Shown in pieces: positions 26,150 to 41,800 of a DNA stretch of 64,000 bases (position 1 is its first letter; every line of letters begins with the position of its first letter). Source of the stretch: Eledone cirrhosa. Taxonomy: Eukaryota. Under the pieces are notes generated by a model, which was given only the letters and a program-made list of their open reading frames with translations, made no database searches and was not told the origin of the DNA. Where the stretch lies: NCBI GenBank assembly GCA_964016885.1, contig OZ024742.1, forward strand, positions 202,120,001-202,184,000, read 5' to 3'. Made by a program: the position numbers and the translations under genes.

Positions 26150-26545
26150 GAAGGGCATGGTAGAGCCGACTATATCTATCCCAGTGCGTTACAAGTACTT
26201 TATTTTATCCACCTCCTAAGGATGAATGACAAAGCTAATCTCAGCAGGTTTTGAACTTAGAACGTAAAGTGTCGTAACTCTATGCCAGAAAACATGTTGG
26301 CCGATCTCTATTGATACTGCCAATCCAGCACCCCTGTTAATAGTAGTTTCTGATTTAGGCAAAAGGCCAGCAATTTTGGGGGAGGGGAATTAAATCGAAC
26401 CCAGTGCGTTACTGGTACTTTATTTTATTGACACCCACAAGCTAACCTTGGCGGCGGGATTTGAACTTAGAACTTAAAGGACCGTAATTCTATGCCAAAA
26501 AGCATGTTGTCTGACGCTTTATTGATACTGCCAATCCAGTGCTCC
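26150..26545 (-). mobile_element. two head-to-tail SINE copies
   Basis: Reverse complement of SINE consensus twice, each ending gatactgccaatccag. Confidence 0.82.
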
Positions 26546-26764
26546 TAATAATAATGACAATTACATTTCTTTGTTGCTGTTGCTGTTGATTTACTGTTTA
26601 ATCAGGGAAAGAATTCCAATGGTCAACGCAATTATGAAGGTCTTTGAAGCTGTTGTAATGGTAGGACGAAGAGACCCTGAAACCCAACAACTGGTCCGAA
26701 TAGTTGCAACTGTTTTTTGGGGGGGTCAGCTAGAGTGGGTGGCAATTTGTATGTTTTGGTAGAC

Positions 26765-26948
26765 TGAGAGTACAAGACTCCCCTCTGGACAGGACACCAA
26801 TCCATCGCAGGGTTAAACCCCAACTATTGCTGGTACTCATTTTCATCTGAGTATACTGGAGCAACGTGGTATGAAGTGTTTTACTCAAGAACACAAGACG
26901 CAACCCAGGAATCGAACCCACGGCATTATGATCGTAAATCCAACACAC

Positions 26949-26950
<2 letters not shown>
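26765..26950 (-). mobile_element. second SINE family, CORE-SINE-like
   Basis: Minus strand B box ggttcgattcc, then gttcttgagtaaaacacttcataccacgttgctccagt..aaatgagtacc (CORE-like) and cctgcgatggattggtgtcctgtccag. Confidence 0.72.
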
Positions 26951-27018
<68 letters not shown>

Positions 27019-27650
27019 TGTGTGTGTGTGTGTGTGCGTGTGTATGTGTGTGTGGGTCTGTGTGTGTCTGTGTGTCTGTTTGGGTTATGAATATATTTGT
27101 GTCTGTGTTTGTTGTGTCCTATAATTTAGCGTTATGGCAAAAAGAGGGATACATAGAATAAGTAGCAAACATGTAAATCGGTACTGGGGTTGATATGATA
27201 CACTAGATTAAGGCAGTGTTCCAGCTTAACCACAGTAAAGTGAGTTTTTGTAACTAAACATTTTTTGAGGCGTCATGGTGGGACACGGAGCATAAATATA
27301 TGATTTAAAAAAAGCTATTTTAGCTACATAACGAAAACAGCATTGATTTAGATTATCGGAAAAGAGAGGGGAAGAGAGAATGAGGGAAATAGAGAGAATT
27401 GACGACTAAGAGAAAATAGAAATAAGTAGTTCAATCAAATGCTAAGACATTATCTAATTAAGCTTTTAATTAATTTTATAATTACATAATTCTTTATAGA
27501 AATCAAACATGGGGGATAAAAAGTATGACTGTATGGTTAAGTAGTTCGCTGCGCAACCAGGTGTTTTCGTTTTCCGACTGAAAGTGTGTCATGTACATTC
27601 GTATGTATGTATGTAGTTTTTATGTGCATATTCAAAAACATACGTTCACG

Positions 27651-28126
<476 letters not shown>

Positions 28127-28205
28127 ATACAGATGTAGAACAGTAGAACAATAAAAACAAGAAAAACAGACACGGACAACAAATTCTAATGAATGGTATT
28201 ATTTT

Positions 28206-28600
28206 AAAGGGCGGTGGATTGGGAGTATTGGTAGAGGGTCGGACGCCATGCTTTGTAGCAACGAGTTACGGCCCTTTATGGTCTGAGTTCAAGTCCCGCC
28301 CAGGTTAACTTTGCCTTTCATACTTACGGAGTCGATAAAATAAAGTACCAGTAATGCACTGAGTAATTGCTGGCCTTGTGCCAAAAAGTAGAAACAATTA
28401 TTTTAAAGGCCGGTGGATTGGCAGTAATCGGTAGAGGGTCGGACGGCATGCTTTGACGCATAGAGTTACGGCCCTTGCCATTCTGAGTTAAAATTCCGTC
28501 GAGGTTAACTTTGCCTTTCATCATTACGGGGTCGATAAAATAAAGTACCAGTAATGTACTGGTTATTTGCTGGCCCTGTGCCAAAAGTAGAAACAATTAT
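28206..28600 (+). mobile_element. two head-to-tail SINE copies (~28206-28400, ~28404-28600)
   Basis: Each starts aaagg.cggtggattgg.agta and ends ccaaaagtagaaacaattattttaaa. Confidence 0.9.
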
Positions 28601-29044
28601 TTTAAAACTCAGATGAAAGGCAAATAAAAGGGATGACTGATATTTCGGGCCTTAGTCCTTCTTTAGAAGAGAGAAAATAGGTTCACTGTAAGAGAGGAGA
28701 GAGAAGTCAGGGAAAGGGGTTAGAAACGTTTAGGAGAGCTGAACAGCAGAAGGTCTTCAGAGAAGAAACCTCCCCAAAGCAAATGTTTCGGCCCTCTATG
28801 TATACATGTTTACAAACATATATACATACAAACACACATACATACAGACAGGCAGACACACATTTCTCTCTCTTTCTCTCCGTCTGTCTCTCCCTTCCAT
28901 ATATTCTCCCACCCTCCCTTGCTACCTCTCTCTCTATATATATACATATATATATATGGTGGGTGAGCATAAACGTTACCATGGAACCGAATCGAAAGAA
29001 ATTCTCGTCCAATAGTAATCACCCATTATGTTAGTTCTGGTTAG

Positions 29045-29045
29045 T

Positions 29046-29087
<42 letters not shown>

Positions 29088-29145
29088 GGACGAGGAGGAG
29101 GAGGAGGAGGATAATGAGGATGATGATGATGACGATGACGATGAT
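29045..29145. repeat. (GAT)n/(GAG)n microsatellite
   Basis: Direct reading. Confidence 0.95.
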
Positions 29146-29479
29146 AAGATAATGTAATTTACTGAGAGTACATCTAAAAACTTGAACATAACAGAACTGA
29201 AATATTGCCGAGTTTTATGGTAGTGAAACACAGTTTTAAAATATATTTTTGGAAAGTTTCCAGTAACTTATTGAATCATAAGAAATAGTCTTAGGACACG
29301 AACTCAAATCAATTATGAATAAAGATGGTTGTTGCAATTGTTGTTTTGGTGATGGTGTTGGTGGTGGTGCTGGCGTTGGTGATCATGGTTTCGATTTAGC
29401 ACCTAGTCAAACATGTTCATATAGGGATATGATCAAAGAGATTTCCAACATGACCTTCCTCCCCTTTTTTGTTAGTGTA

Positions 29480-29825
29480 CCTAAGACCATGTTTTACCCC
29501 GTGCATTTAGAACCACGTTTGAGAGTATAGTTAGGAATATATTTCATTCACAGAGTGTAATTGGATAATGGATTCGGAGTGTGTATTGAAGCATCTTTTT
29601 CAATGTACGTAGGAACCCATTTCATATGTAGCTAGGTGCAGATCTCACGGAATAATTGAGGGCATATTTAACAATGCACCCATGACCACATTTCTGAGGT
29701 CTCAAAGGATCACATTTCATAGTGCACAAAGGAACACATTTCACCTACTGCCTAAGACAATATTTCACAATATGTCAAAGACCACAATTCAGAATGTACT
29801 TAAGACCAAATATCACAGTGTACCT
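29480..29825. repeat. degenerate 24-bp tandem repeat, left flank of satellite
   Basis: e.g. aagacaatatttcacaatatgtca, aagaccacaattcagaatgtactt, aagaccaaatatcacagtgtacct (24 nt each); clear from ~29658, very decayed further left. Confidence 0.8.
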
Positions 29826-32800
29826 ATGACTACATTTCACACAGTCTACATATGACCACACTTAACACAGTCTACCTATGACCACACTTAACACAGTCTA
29901 CCTAAGACCACACTTCACACAGTCTACCTATGACCACACTTCACACAGTCTACCTATAACCACACTTCACACAGTCTACCTATGACCACACTTCACGCAG
30001 TCTACCTATGACCACACTTCACACAGTCTACCTATCACCACACTTCACACAGTCTACCTATGACCGCACTTCACACAGTCTACCTATGACCACACTTCAC
30101 ACAGTGTACCTAAGACCACACATCACACAGTCTACCTATCACCACACTTCACACAGTCTACCTATGACCACACTTAACACAGTCTACCTATGACCACACT
30201 TCACACAGTCTACCTATGACCACACTTCACACAGTCTACCTATGACCACACTTCACACAGTCTACCTATGACCACACTTCACACAGTCTACCTATGACCA
30301 CACTTCACACAGTCTACCTATGACCACACTTCACACAGTCTACCTATGACCACACTTCACACAGTCTACCTATGACCACACTTAACACAGTCTACCTATC
30401 ACCACACTTCACACAGTCTACCTATCACAACACTTCACACAGTCTACCTATCACCACACTTCACACAGTCTACCTATCACCACACTTCACGCAGTCTACC
30501 TATGACCACACTTCACACAGTCTACCTATCACCACACTTCACACAGTCTACCTATGACCGCACTTCACACAGTCTACCTATGACCACACTTCACACAGTG
30601 TACCTAAGACCACACATCACACAGTCTACCTATCACCACACTTCACACAGTCTACCTATCACCACACTTCACACAGTCTACCTTTGACCACACTTCACAC
30701 AGTCTACCTATGACCACACTTCACACAGTGTACCTATGACCACACTTCACACAGTGTACCTATGACCACACTTCACACAGTCTACCTATGACCACACTTC
30801 ACACAGTGTACCTATGACCACACTTCACACAGTGTACCTATGACCACACTTCACACAGTGTACCTAAGACCACACTTCACACAGTGTACCTATGACCACA
30901 CTTCACACAGTGTACCTAAGACCACACTTCACACAGTGTACCTAAGACCACACTTCACACAGTCTACCTATGACCACACTTAACACAGTCTACCTATGAC
31001 CACACTTCACACAGTCTAACTATCACCACACTTCACACAGTCTACCTATGACCACACTTCACACAGTCTACCTATGACCACACTTCACACAGTGTACCTA
31101 TGACTACACTTCACACAGTCTACCTATGACCACACTTCACACAGTGTACCTAAGACCACACTTCACACAGTCTACCTATGACCACACTTAACACAGTATA
31201 CCTATCACCACACTTCACACAGTCTACCTAAGACCACACTTCACACAGTGTTCCTATGACTACACTTCACACAGTATTCCTATGACTACACTTCACACAG
31301 TCTACCTATCACCACACTTCACACAGTCTACCTATGACCACACTTCACACAGTCTACCTATGACCACACTTCACACAGTCTACCTATCACCACACTTCAC
31401 ACAGTCTACCTATCACCACACTTCACACAGTCTACCTTTGACCACACTTCACACAGTCTACCTATGACCACACTTCACACAGTCTACCTATCACCACACT
31501 TCACACAGTCTACCTATGACCACACTTAACACAGTCTACCTATCACCACACTTCACACAGTCTACCTATCACCACACTTCACACAGTCTACCTATGACCA
31601 CACTTCACACAGTCTACCTATGACCACACTTCACACAGTCTACCTATGACCACACTTCACACAGTCTACCTATGACCACACTTCACACAGTCTACCTATC
31701 ACCACACTTCATACAGTCTACCTATGACCACACTTCACACAGTCTACCTATGACCACACTTCACACAGTCTACCTATGACCACACTTAACACAGTCTACC
31801 TTTGACCACACTTCACACAGTCTACCTATGACCATACTTCACACAGTGTACCTATGACCACACTTCACACAGTGTACCTATGACCACACTTCACACAGTC
31901 TACCTATGACCACACTTCACACAGTGTATCTATGACCACACTTCACACAGTCTACCTATGACCACACTTCACACAGTGTTCCTATGACTACACTTCACAC
32001 AGTGTACCTAACACCACACATCACACAGTGTACCTATGACCACACTTCACACAGTGTACCTAAGACCACACTTCACACAGTGTACCTAAGACCACACTTC
32101 ACACAGTGTACCTAAGACCACACTTCACGCAGTCTACCTATGACCACACTTAACACAGTCTACCTATGACCACACTTCACACAGTCTACCTATGACCACA
32201 CTTCACACTGTCTACCTATGACCACACTTCACACAGTGTACCTATGACTACACTTCACACAGTCTACCTATGACCACACTTCACACAGTGTACCTAAGAC
32301 CACACATCACACAGTCTACCTATCACCACACTTCACACAGTCTACCTATGACCACACTTCACACAGTCTACCTATGACCACACTTCACACAGTCTACCTA
32401 TCACCACACTTCACACAGTCTACCTATCACCACACTTCACATAGTCTACCTATCACCACATTTCACACAGTCTACATATGACCACACTTCACACAGTCTA
32501 CCTATCACCACACTTCACACAGCCTACCTATGACCACACTTCACACAGTCTACCTATGACCACACTTCACACAGTCTACCTATGACCACACTTCACACAG
32601 TCTACCTATGACCACACTTTACACAGTCTACCTATGACCACACTTAACACAGTCTACCTATCACCACACTTCACACAGTCTACCTATCACCACACTTCAC
32701 ACAGTCTACCTATCACCACACTTCACACAGTCTACCTATGACCACACTTCACACAGTCTACCTATGACCACACTTCACACAGTCTACCTATGACCACACT

Positions 32801-35800
32801 TCACACAGTCTGCCTATCACCACACTTCACACAGTCTACCTATGACCACACTTAACACAGTCTACCTTTGACCACACTTCACACAGTCTACCTATGACCA
32901 CACTTCACACAGGGTACCCATGACCACACTTCACACAGTGTACCTATGACCACACTTCACACAGTCTACCTATGACCACACTTCACACAGTGTACCTATG
33001 ACCACACTTCACACAGTGTACCTATGACCACACTTAACACAGTCTACCTAAGACCACACTTCACACAGTGTACCTAAGACCACACTTCACACAGTCTACC
33101 TATGACCACACTTAACACAGTCTACCTATGACCACACTTCACACAGTCTAACTATCACCACACTTCACACAGTCTACCTATGACCACACTTCACACAGTC
33201 TACCTATGACCACACTTCACACAGTGTACCTATGACTACACTTCACACAGTCTACCTATGACCACACTTCACACAGTGTACCTAAGACCACACTTCACAC
33301 AGTGTACCTAAGACCACACTTCACACAGTCTACCTATGACCACACTTAACACAGTCTACCTATGACCATACTTCACACAGTCTACCTATGACCACACTTC
33401 ACACTGTCTACCTATGACCACACTTCACACAGTGTACCTATGACTACACTTCACACAGTCTACCTATGACCACACTTCACACAGTGTACCTAAGACCACA
33501 CATCACACAGTCTACCTATCACCACACTTCACACAGTCTACCTATGACCACACTTCACACAGTCTACCTATGACCACACTTCACACAGTCTACCTATCAC
33601 CACACTTCACACAGTCTACCTATCACCACATTTCACACAGTCTACATATGACCACACTTCACACAGTCTACCTATCACCACACTTCACACAGTCTACCTA
33701 TGACCACACTTCACACAGTCTACCTATGACCACACTTCACACAGTCTACCTATGACCACACTTCACACAGTCTACCTATCACCACACTTCACACAGTCTA
33801 CCTATGACCACACTTCACACAGTCTACCTATGACCACACTTCACACAGTCTACTTATGACCACACTTCACACAGTCTGCCTATCACCACACTTCACACAG
33901 TCTACCTATGACCACACTTAACACAGTCTACCTTTGACCACACTTCACACAGTCTACCTATGACCACACTTCACACAGTCTACCTATGACCACACTTCAC
34001 ACAGTCTACCTATCACCACACTTCATACAGTCTACCTATGACCACACTTCACACAGTCTACCTATGACCACACTTCACACAGTCTACCTATGACCACACT
34101 TAACACAGTCTACCTTTGACCACACTTCACACAGTCTACCTATGACCATACTTCACACAGTGTACCTATGACCACACTTCACACAGTGTACCTATGACCA
34201 CACTTCACACAGTCTACCTATGACCACACTTCACACAGTGTATCTATGACCACACTTCACACAGTCTACCTATGACCACACTTCACACAGTGTTCCTATG
34301 ACTACACTTCACACAGTGTACCTAACACCACACATCACACAGTGTACCTATGACCACACTTCACACAGTGTACCTAAGACCACACTTCACACAGTGTACC
34401 TAAGACCACACTTCACACAGTGTACCTAAGACCACACTTCACACAGTCTACCTATGACCACACTTAACACAGTCTACCTATGACCACACTTCACACAGTC
34501 TACCTATGACCACACTTCACACTGTCTACCTATGACCACACTTCACACAGTGTACCTATGACTACACTTCACACAGTCTACCTATGACCACACTTCACAC
34601 AGTGTACCTAAGACCACACATCACACAGTCTACCTATCACCACACTTCACACAGTCTACCTATGACCACACTTCACACAGTCTACCTATGACCACACTTC
34701 ACACAGTCTACCTATCACCACACTTCACACAGTCTACCTATCACCACACTTCACATAGTCTACCTATCACCACATTTCACACAGTCTACATATGACCACA
34801 CTTCACACAGTCTACCTATCACCACACTTCACACAGCCTACCTATGACCACACTTCACACAGTCTACCTATGACCACACTTCACACAGTCTACCTATGAC
34901 CACACTTCACACAGTCTACCTATGACCACACTTCACACAGTCTACCTATGACCACACTTAACACAGTCTACCTATCACCACACTTCACACAGTCTACCTA
35001 TCACCACACTTCACACAGTCTACCTATCACCACACTTCACACAGTCTACCTATGACCACACTTCACACAGTCTACCTATGACCACACTTCACACAGTCTA
35101 CCTATGACCACACTTCACACAGTCTGCCTATCACCACACTTCACACAGTCTACCTATGACCACACTTAACACAGTCTACCTTTGACCACACTTCACACAG
35201 TCTACCTATGACCACACTTCACACAGGGTACCCATGACCACACTTCACACAGTGTACCTATGACCACACTTCACACAGTCTACCTATGACCACACTTCAC
35301 ACAGTGTACCTATGACCACACTTCACACAGTGTACCTATGACCACACTTAACACAGTCTACCTAAGACCACACTTCACACAGTGTACCTAAGACCACACT
35401 TCACACAGTCTACCTATGACCACACTTAACACAGTCTACCTATGACCACACTTCACACAGTCTAACTATCACCACACTTCACACAGTCTACCTATGACCA
35501 CACTTCACACAGTCTACCTATGACCACACTTCACACAGTGTACCTATGACTACACTTCACACAGTCTACCTATGACCACACTTCACACAGTGTACCTAAG
35601 ACCACACTTCACACAGTGTACCTAAGACCACACTTCACACAGTCTACCTATGACCACACTTAACACAGTCTACCTATGACCATACTTCACACAGTCTACC
35701 TATGACCACACTTCACACTGTCTACCTATGACCACACTTCACACAGTGTACCTATGACTACACTTCACACAGTCTACCTATGACCACACTTCACACAGTG

Positions 35801-38800
35801 TACCTAAGACCACACATCACACAGTCTACCTATCACCACACTTCACACAGTCTACCTATGACCACACTTCACACAGTCTACCTATGACCACACTTCACAC
35901 AGTCTACCTATCACCACACTTCACACAGTCTACCTATCACCACACTTCACATAGTCTACCTATCACCACATTTCACACAGTCTACATATGACCACACTTC
36001 ACACAGTCTACCTATCACCACACTTCACACAGTCTACCTATGACCACACTTCACACAGTCTACCTATGACCACACTTCACACAGTCTACCTATGACCACA
36101 CTTCACACAGTCTACCTATCACCACACTTCACACAGTCTACCTATGACCACACTTCACACAGTCTACCTATGACCACACTTCACACAGTCTACCTATGAC
36201 CACACTTCACACAGTCTGCCTATCACCACACTTCACACAGTCTACCTATGACCACACTTAACACAGTCTACCTTTGACCACACTTCACACAGTCTACCTA
36301 TGACCACACTTCACACAGGGTACCCATGACCACACTTCACACAGTGTACCTATGACCACACTTCACACAGTCTACCTATGACCACACTTCACACAGTGTA
36401 CCTATGACCACACTTCACACAGTGTACCTATGACCACACTTAACACAGTCTACCTAAGACCACACTTCACACAGTGTACCTAAGACCACACTTCACACAG
36501 TCTACCTATGACCACACTTAACACAGTCTACCTATGACCACACTTAACACAGTCTACCTATGACCACACTTCACACAGTCTAGCTATGACCACACTTCAC
36601 ACAGTCTACCTATGACCACACTTCACACAGTGTACCTATGACTACACTTCACACAGTCTACCTATGACCACACTTCACACAGTGTACCTAAGACCACACT
36701 TCACACAGTCTACCTATGACCACACTTCACACAGTCTAACTATCACCACACTTCACACAGTCTACCTATGACCACACTTCACACAGTCTAACTATCACCA
36801 CACTTCACACAGTCTACCTATGACCACACTTCACACAGTCTACATATGACCACACTTAACACAGTCTACCTATGACCACACTTAACACAGTCTACCTTTG
36901 ACCACACTTCACACAGTCAATCTATGACCACACTTCACACAGTCTACCTATGACCACACTTCACACAGTGTACCTATGACCACACTTCACACAGTCTACC
37001 TATCACCACACTTCACACAGTCTACCTATGACCACACTTCACACAGTCTACCTATCACCACACTTCAGACAGTCTACCTATGACCACACTTCACACAGTC
37101 TACCTATGACCACACTTCACACAGTCTACCTATGACCACACTTCACACAGTCTACCTATGACCACACTTCACACAGTCTACCTATGACCACACTTCACAC
37201 AGTCTACCTATGACCACACTTAACACAGTCTACCTATCACCACACTTCACACAGTCTACCTATCACCACACTTCACACAGTCTACCTATCACCACACTTC
37301 ACACAGTCTACCTATGACCACACTTCACGCATTCTACCTATGACCACACTTCACACAGTCTACCTATCACCACACTTCACACAGTCTACCTATGACCGCA
37401 CTTCACACAGTCTACCTATGACCACACTTCACACAGTGTACCTAAGACCACACATCACACAGTCTACCTATCACCACACTTCACACAGTCTACCTATGAC
37501 CACACTTCACACAGTCTACCTATCACCACACTTCACACAGTGTACCTATGACCACACTTCACACAGTCTACCTATGACCACACTTCACACAGTGTACCTA
37601 TGACCACACTTCACACAGTGTACCTATGACCACACTTCACACAGTGTACCTAAGACCACACTTCACACAGTCTACCTATGACCACACTTAACACAGTATA
37701 CCTATCACCACACTTCACACAGTCTACCTAAGACCACACTTCACACAGTGTTCCTATGACTACACTTCACACAGTATTCCTATGACTACACTTCACACAG
37801 TCTACCTATCACCACACTTCACACAGTCTACCTATGACCACACTTCACACAGTCTACCTATGACCACACTTCACACAGTCTACCTATCACCACACTTCAC
37901 ACAGTCTACCTATCACCACACTTCACACAGTCTACCTTTGACCACACTTCACACAGTCTACCTATGACCACACTTCACACAGTCTACCTATCACCACACT
38001 TCACACAGTCTACCTATGACCACACTTAACACAGTCTACCTATCACCACACTTCACACAGTCTACCTATGACCACACTTCACACAGTGTACCTATGACCA
38101 CACTTCACACAGTCTACCTATGACCACACTTCACACAGTCTACCTATGACCACACTTCACACAGTGTACCTATGACCACACTTCACACAGTGTACCTATG
38201 ACCACACTTAACACAGTCTACCTAAGACCACACTTCACACAGTGTACCTAAGACCACACTTCACACAGTCTACCTATGACCACACTTAACACAGTCTACC
38301 TATGACCACACTTCACACGGTCTAACTATCACCACACTTCACACAGTCTACCTATGACCACACTTCACACAGTCTACCTATGACCACACTTCACACAGTG
38401 TACCTATGACTACACTTCACACAGTCTACCTATGACCACACTTCACACAGTGTACCTAAGACCACACTTCACACAGTCTACCTATGACCACACTTCACAC
38501 AGTCTAACTATCACCACACTTCACACAGTCTACCTATGACCACACTTCACACAGTCTAACTATCACCACACTTCACACAGTCTACCTATGACCACACTTC
38601 ACACAGTCTACATATGACCACACTTAACACAGTCTACCTATGACCACACTTAACACAGTCTACCTTTGACCACACTTCACACAGTCAATCTATGACCACA
38701 CTTCACACAGTCTACCTATGACCACACTTCACACAGTGTACCTATGACCACACTTCACACAGTCTACCTATCACCACACTTCACACAGTCTACCTATGAC

Positions 38801-41800
38801 CACACTTCACACAGTCTACCTATCACCACACTTCACACAGTCTACCTATGACCACACTTCACACAGTCTACCTATGACCACACTTCACACAGTCTACCTA
38901 TGACCACACTTCACACAGTCTACCTATGACCACACTTCACGCAGTCTACCTATGACCACACTTCACACAGTCTACCTATCACCACACTTCACACAGTCTA
39001 CCTATGACCGCACTTCACACAGTCTACCTATGACCACACTTCACACAGTGTACCTAAGACCACACATCACACAGTCTACCTATCACCACACTTCACACAG
39101 TCTACCTATGACCACACTTAACACAGTCTACCTATGACCACACTTCACACAGTCTACCTATGACCACACTTCACACAGTCTACCTATGACCACACTTCAC
39201 ACAGTCTACCTATGACCACACTTCACACAGTCTACCTATGACCACACTTCACACAGTCTACCTATGACCACACTTCACACAGTCTACCTATGACCACACT
39301 TAACACAGTCTACCTATCACCACACTTCACACAGTCTACCTATCACCACACTTCACACAATCTACCTATCACCACACTTCACACAGTCTACCTATGACCA
39401 CACTTCACGCAGTCTACCTATGACCACACTTCACACAGTCTACCTATCACCACACTTCACACAGTCTACCTATGACCGCACTTCACACAGTCTACCTATG
39501 ACCACACTTCACACAGTGTACCTAAGACCACACATCACACAGTCTACCTATCACCACACTTCACACAGTCTACCTATGACCACACTTCACACAGTCTACC
39601 TATCACCACACTTCACACAGTGTACCTATGACCACACTTCACACAGTCTACCTATGACCACACTTCACACAGTGTACCTATGACCACACTTCACACAGTG
39701 TACCTATGACCACACTTCACACAGTGTACCTAAGACCACACTTCTCACAGTGTACCTATGACCACACTTCACACAGTGTACCTAAGACCACACTTCACAC
39801 AGTGTACCTAAGACCACACTTCACACAGTCTACCTATGACCACACTTAACACAGTCTACCTATGACCACACTTCACACAGTCTAACTATCACCACACTTC
39901 ACACAGTCAACCTATGACCACACTTCACACAGTCTACCTATGACCACACTTCACACAGTGTACCTATGACTACACTTCACACAGTCTACCTATGACCACA
40001 CTTCACACAGTGTACCTAAGACCACACTTCACACAGTCTACCTATGACCACACTTAACACAGTATACCTATCACCACACTTCACACAGTCTACCTAAGAC
40101 CACACTTCACACAGTGTTCCTATGACTACACTTCACACAGTATTCCTATGACTACACTTCACACAGTCTACCTATCACCACACTTCACACAGTCTACCTA
40201 TGACCACACTTCACACAGTCTACCTATGACCACACTTCACACAGTCTACCTATCACCACACTTCACACAGTCTACCTATCACCACACTTCACACAGTCTA
40301 CCTTTGACCACACTTCACACGGTCTACCTATGACCACACTTCACACAGTCTACCTATCACCACACTTCACACAGTCTACCTATGACCACACTTAACACAG
40401 TCTACCTATCACCACACTTCACACAGTCTACCTATCACCACACTTCACACAGTCTACCTATGACCACACTTCACACAGTCTACCTATGACCACACTTCAC
40501 ACAGTCTACCTATGACCACACTTCACACAGTCTACCTATGACCACACTTCACACAGTCTACCTATCACCACACTTCACACAGTCTACCTATGACCACACT
40601 TCACACAGTCTACCTATGACCACACTTAACACAGTCTACCTATCACCACACTTCACACAGTCTACCTATCACCACACTTCACACAGTCTACCTATGACCA
40701 CACTTCACACAGTCTACCTATGACCACACTTCACACAGTCTACCTATCACCACACTTCACACAGTCTACCTATGACCACACTTCACACAGTCTACCTATC
40801 ACCACACTTCACACAGTCTACCTATGATCACACTTAACACAGTCTACCTTTGACCACACTTCACACAGTCTACCTATGACCATACTTCACACAGTGTACC
40901 TATGACCACACTTCACACAGTGTACCTATGACCACACTTCACACAGTCTACCTATGACCACACTTCACACAGTGTACCTATGACCACACTTCACACAGTC
41001 TACCTATGACCACACTTCACACAGTGTTCCTATGACTACACTTCACACAGTGTACCTAAGACCACACATCACACAGTGTACCTATGACCACACTTCACAC
41101 AGTGTACCTAAGACCACACTTCACACAGTGTACCTAAGACCACACTTCACACAGTCTACCTATGACCACACTTCACACAGTCTACCTATGACCACACTTC
41201 ACACAGTCTACCTATGACCACACTTCACACAGTCTACCTATGACCACACTTCACACAGTCTACCTATGACCACACTTAACACAGTCTACCTATCACCACA
41301 CTTCACACAGTCTACCTATCACCACACTTCACACAGTCTACCTATCACCACACTTCACACAGTCTACCTATCACCACACTTCACACAGTCTACCTATGAC
41401 CACACTTCACACAGTCTACCTATCACCACACTTCACACAGTCTACCTATGACCACACTTCACACAGTCTACCTATGACCACACTTCACACAGTCTACCTA
41501 TGACCACACTTCACACAGTCTACCTATGACCACACTTCACACAGTCTACATATGACCACACTTAACACAGTCTACCTATCACCACACTTCACACAGTCTA
41601 CCTATCACCACACTTCACACAGTCTACCTATCACCACACTTCACACAGTCTACCTATGACCACACTTCACACAGTCTACCTATCACCCCACTTCACACAG
41701 TCTACCTATGACCACACTTCACACAGTCTGCCTATCACCACACTTCACACAGTCTACCTATGACCACACTTAACACAGTCTACCTTTGACCACACTTCAC

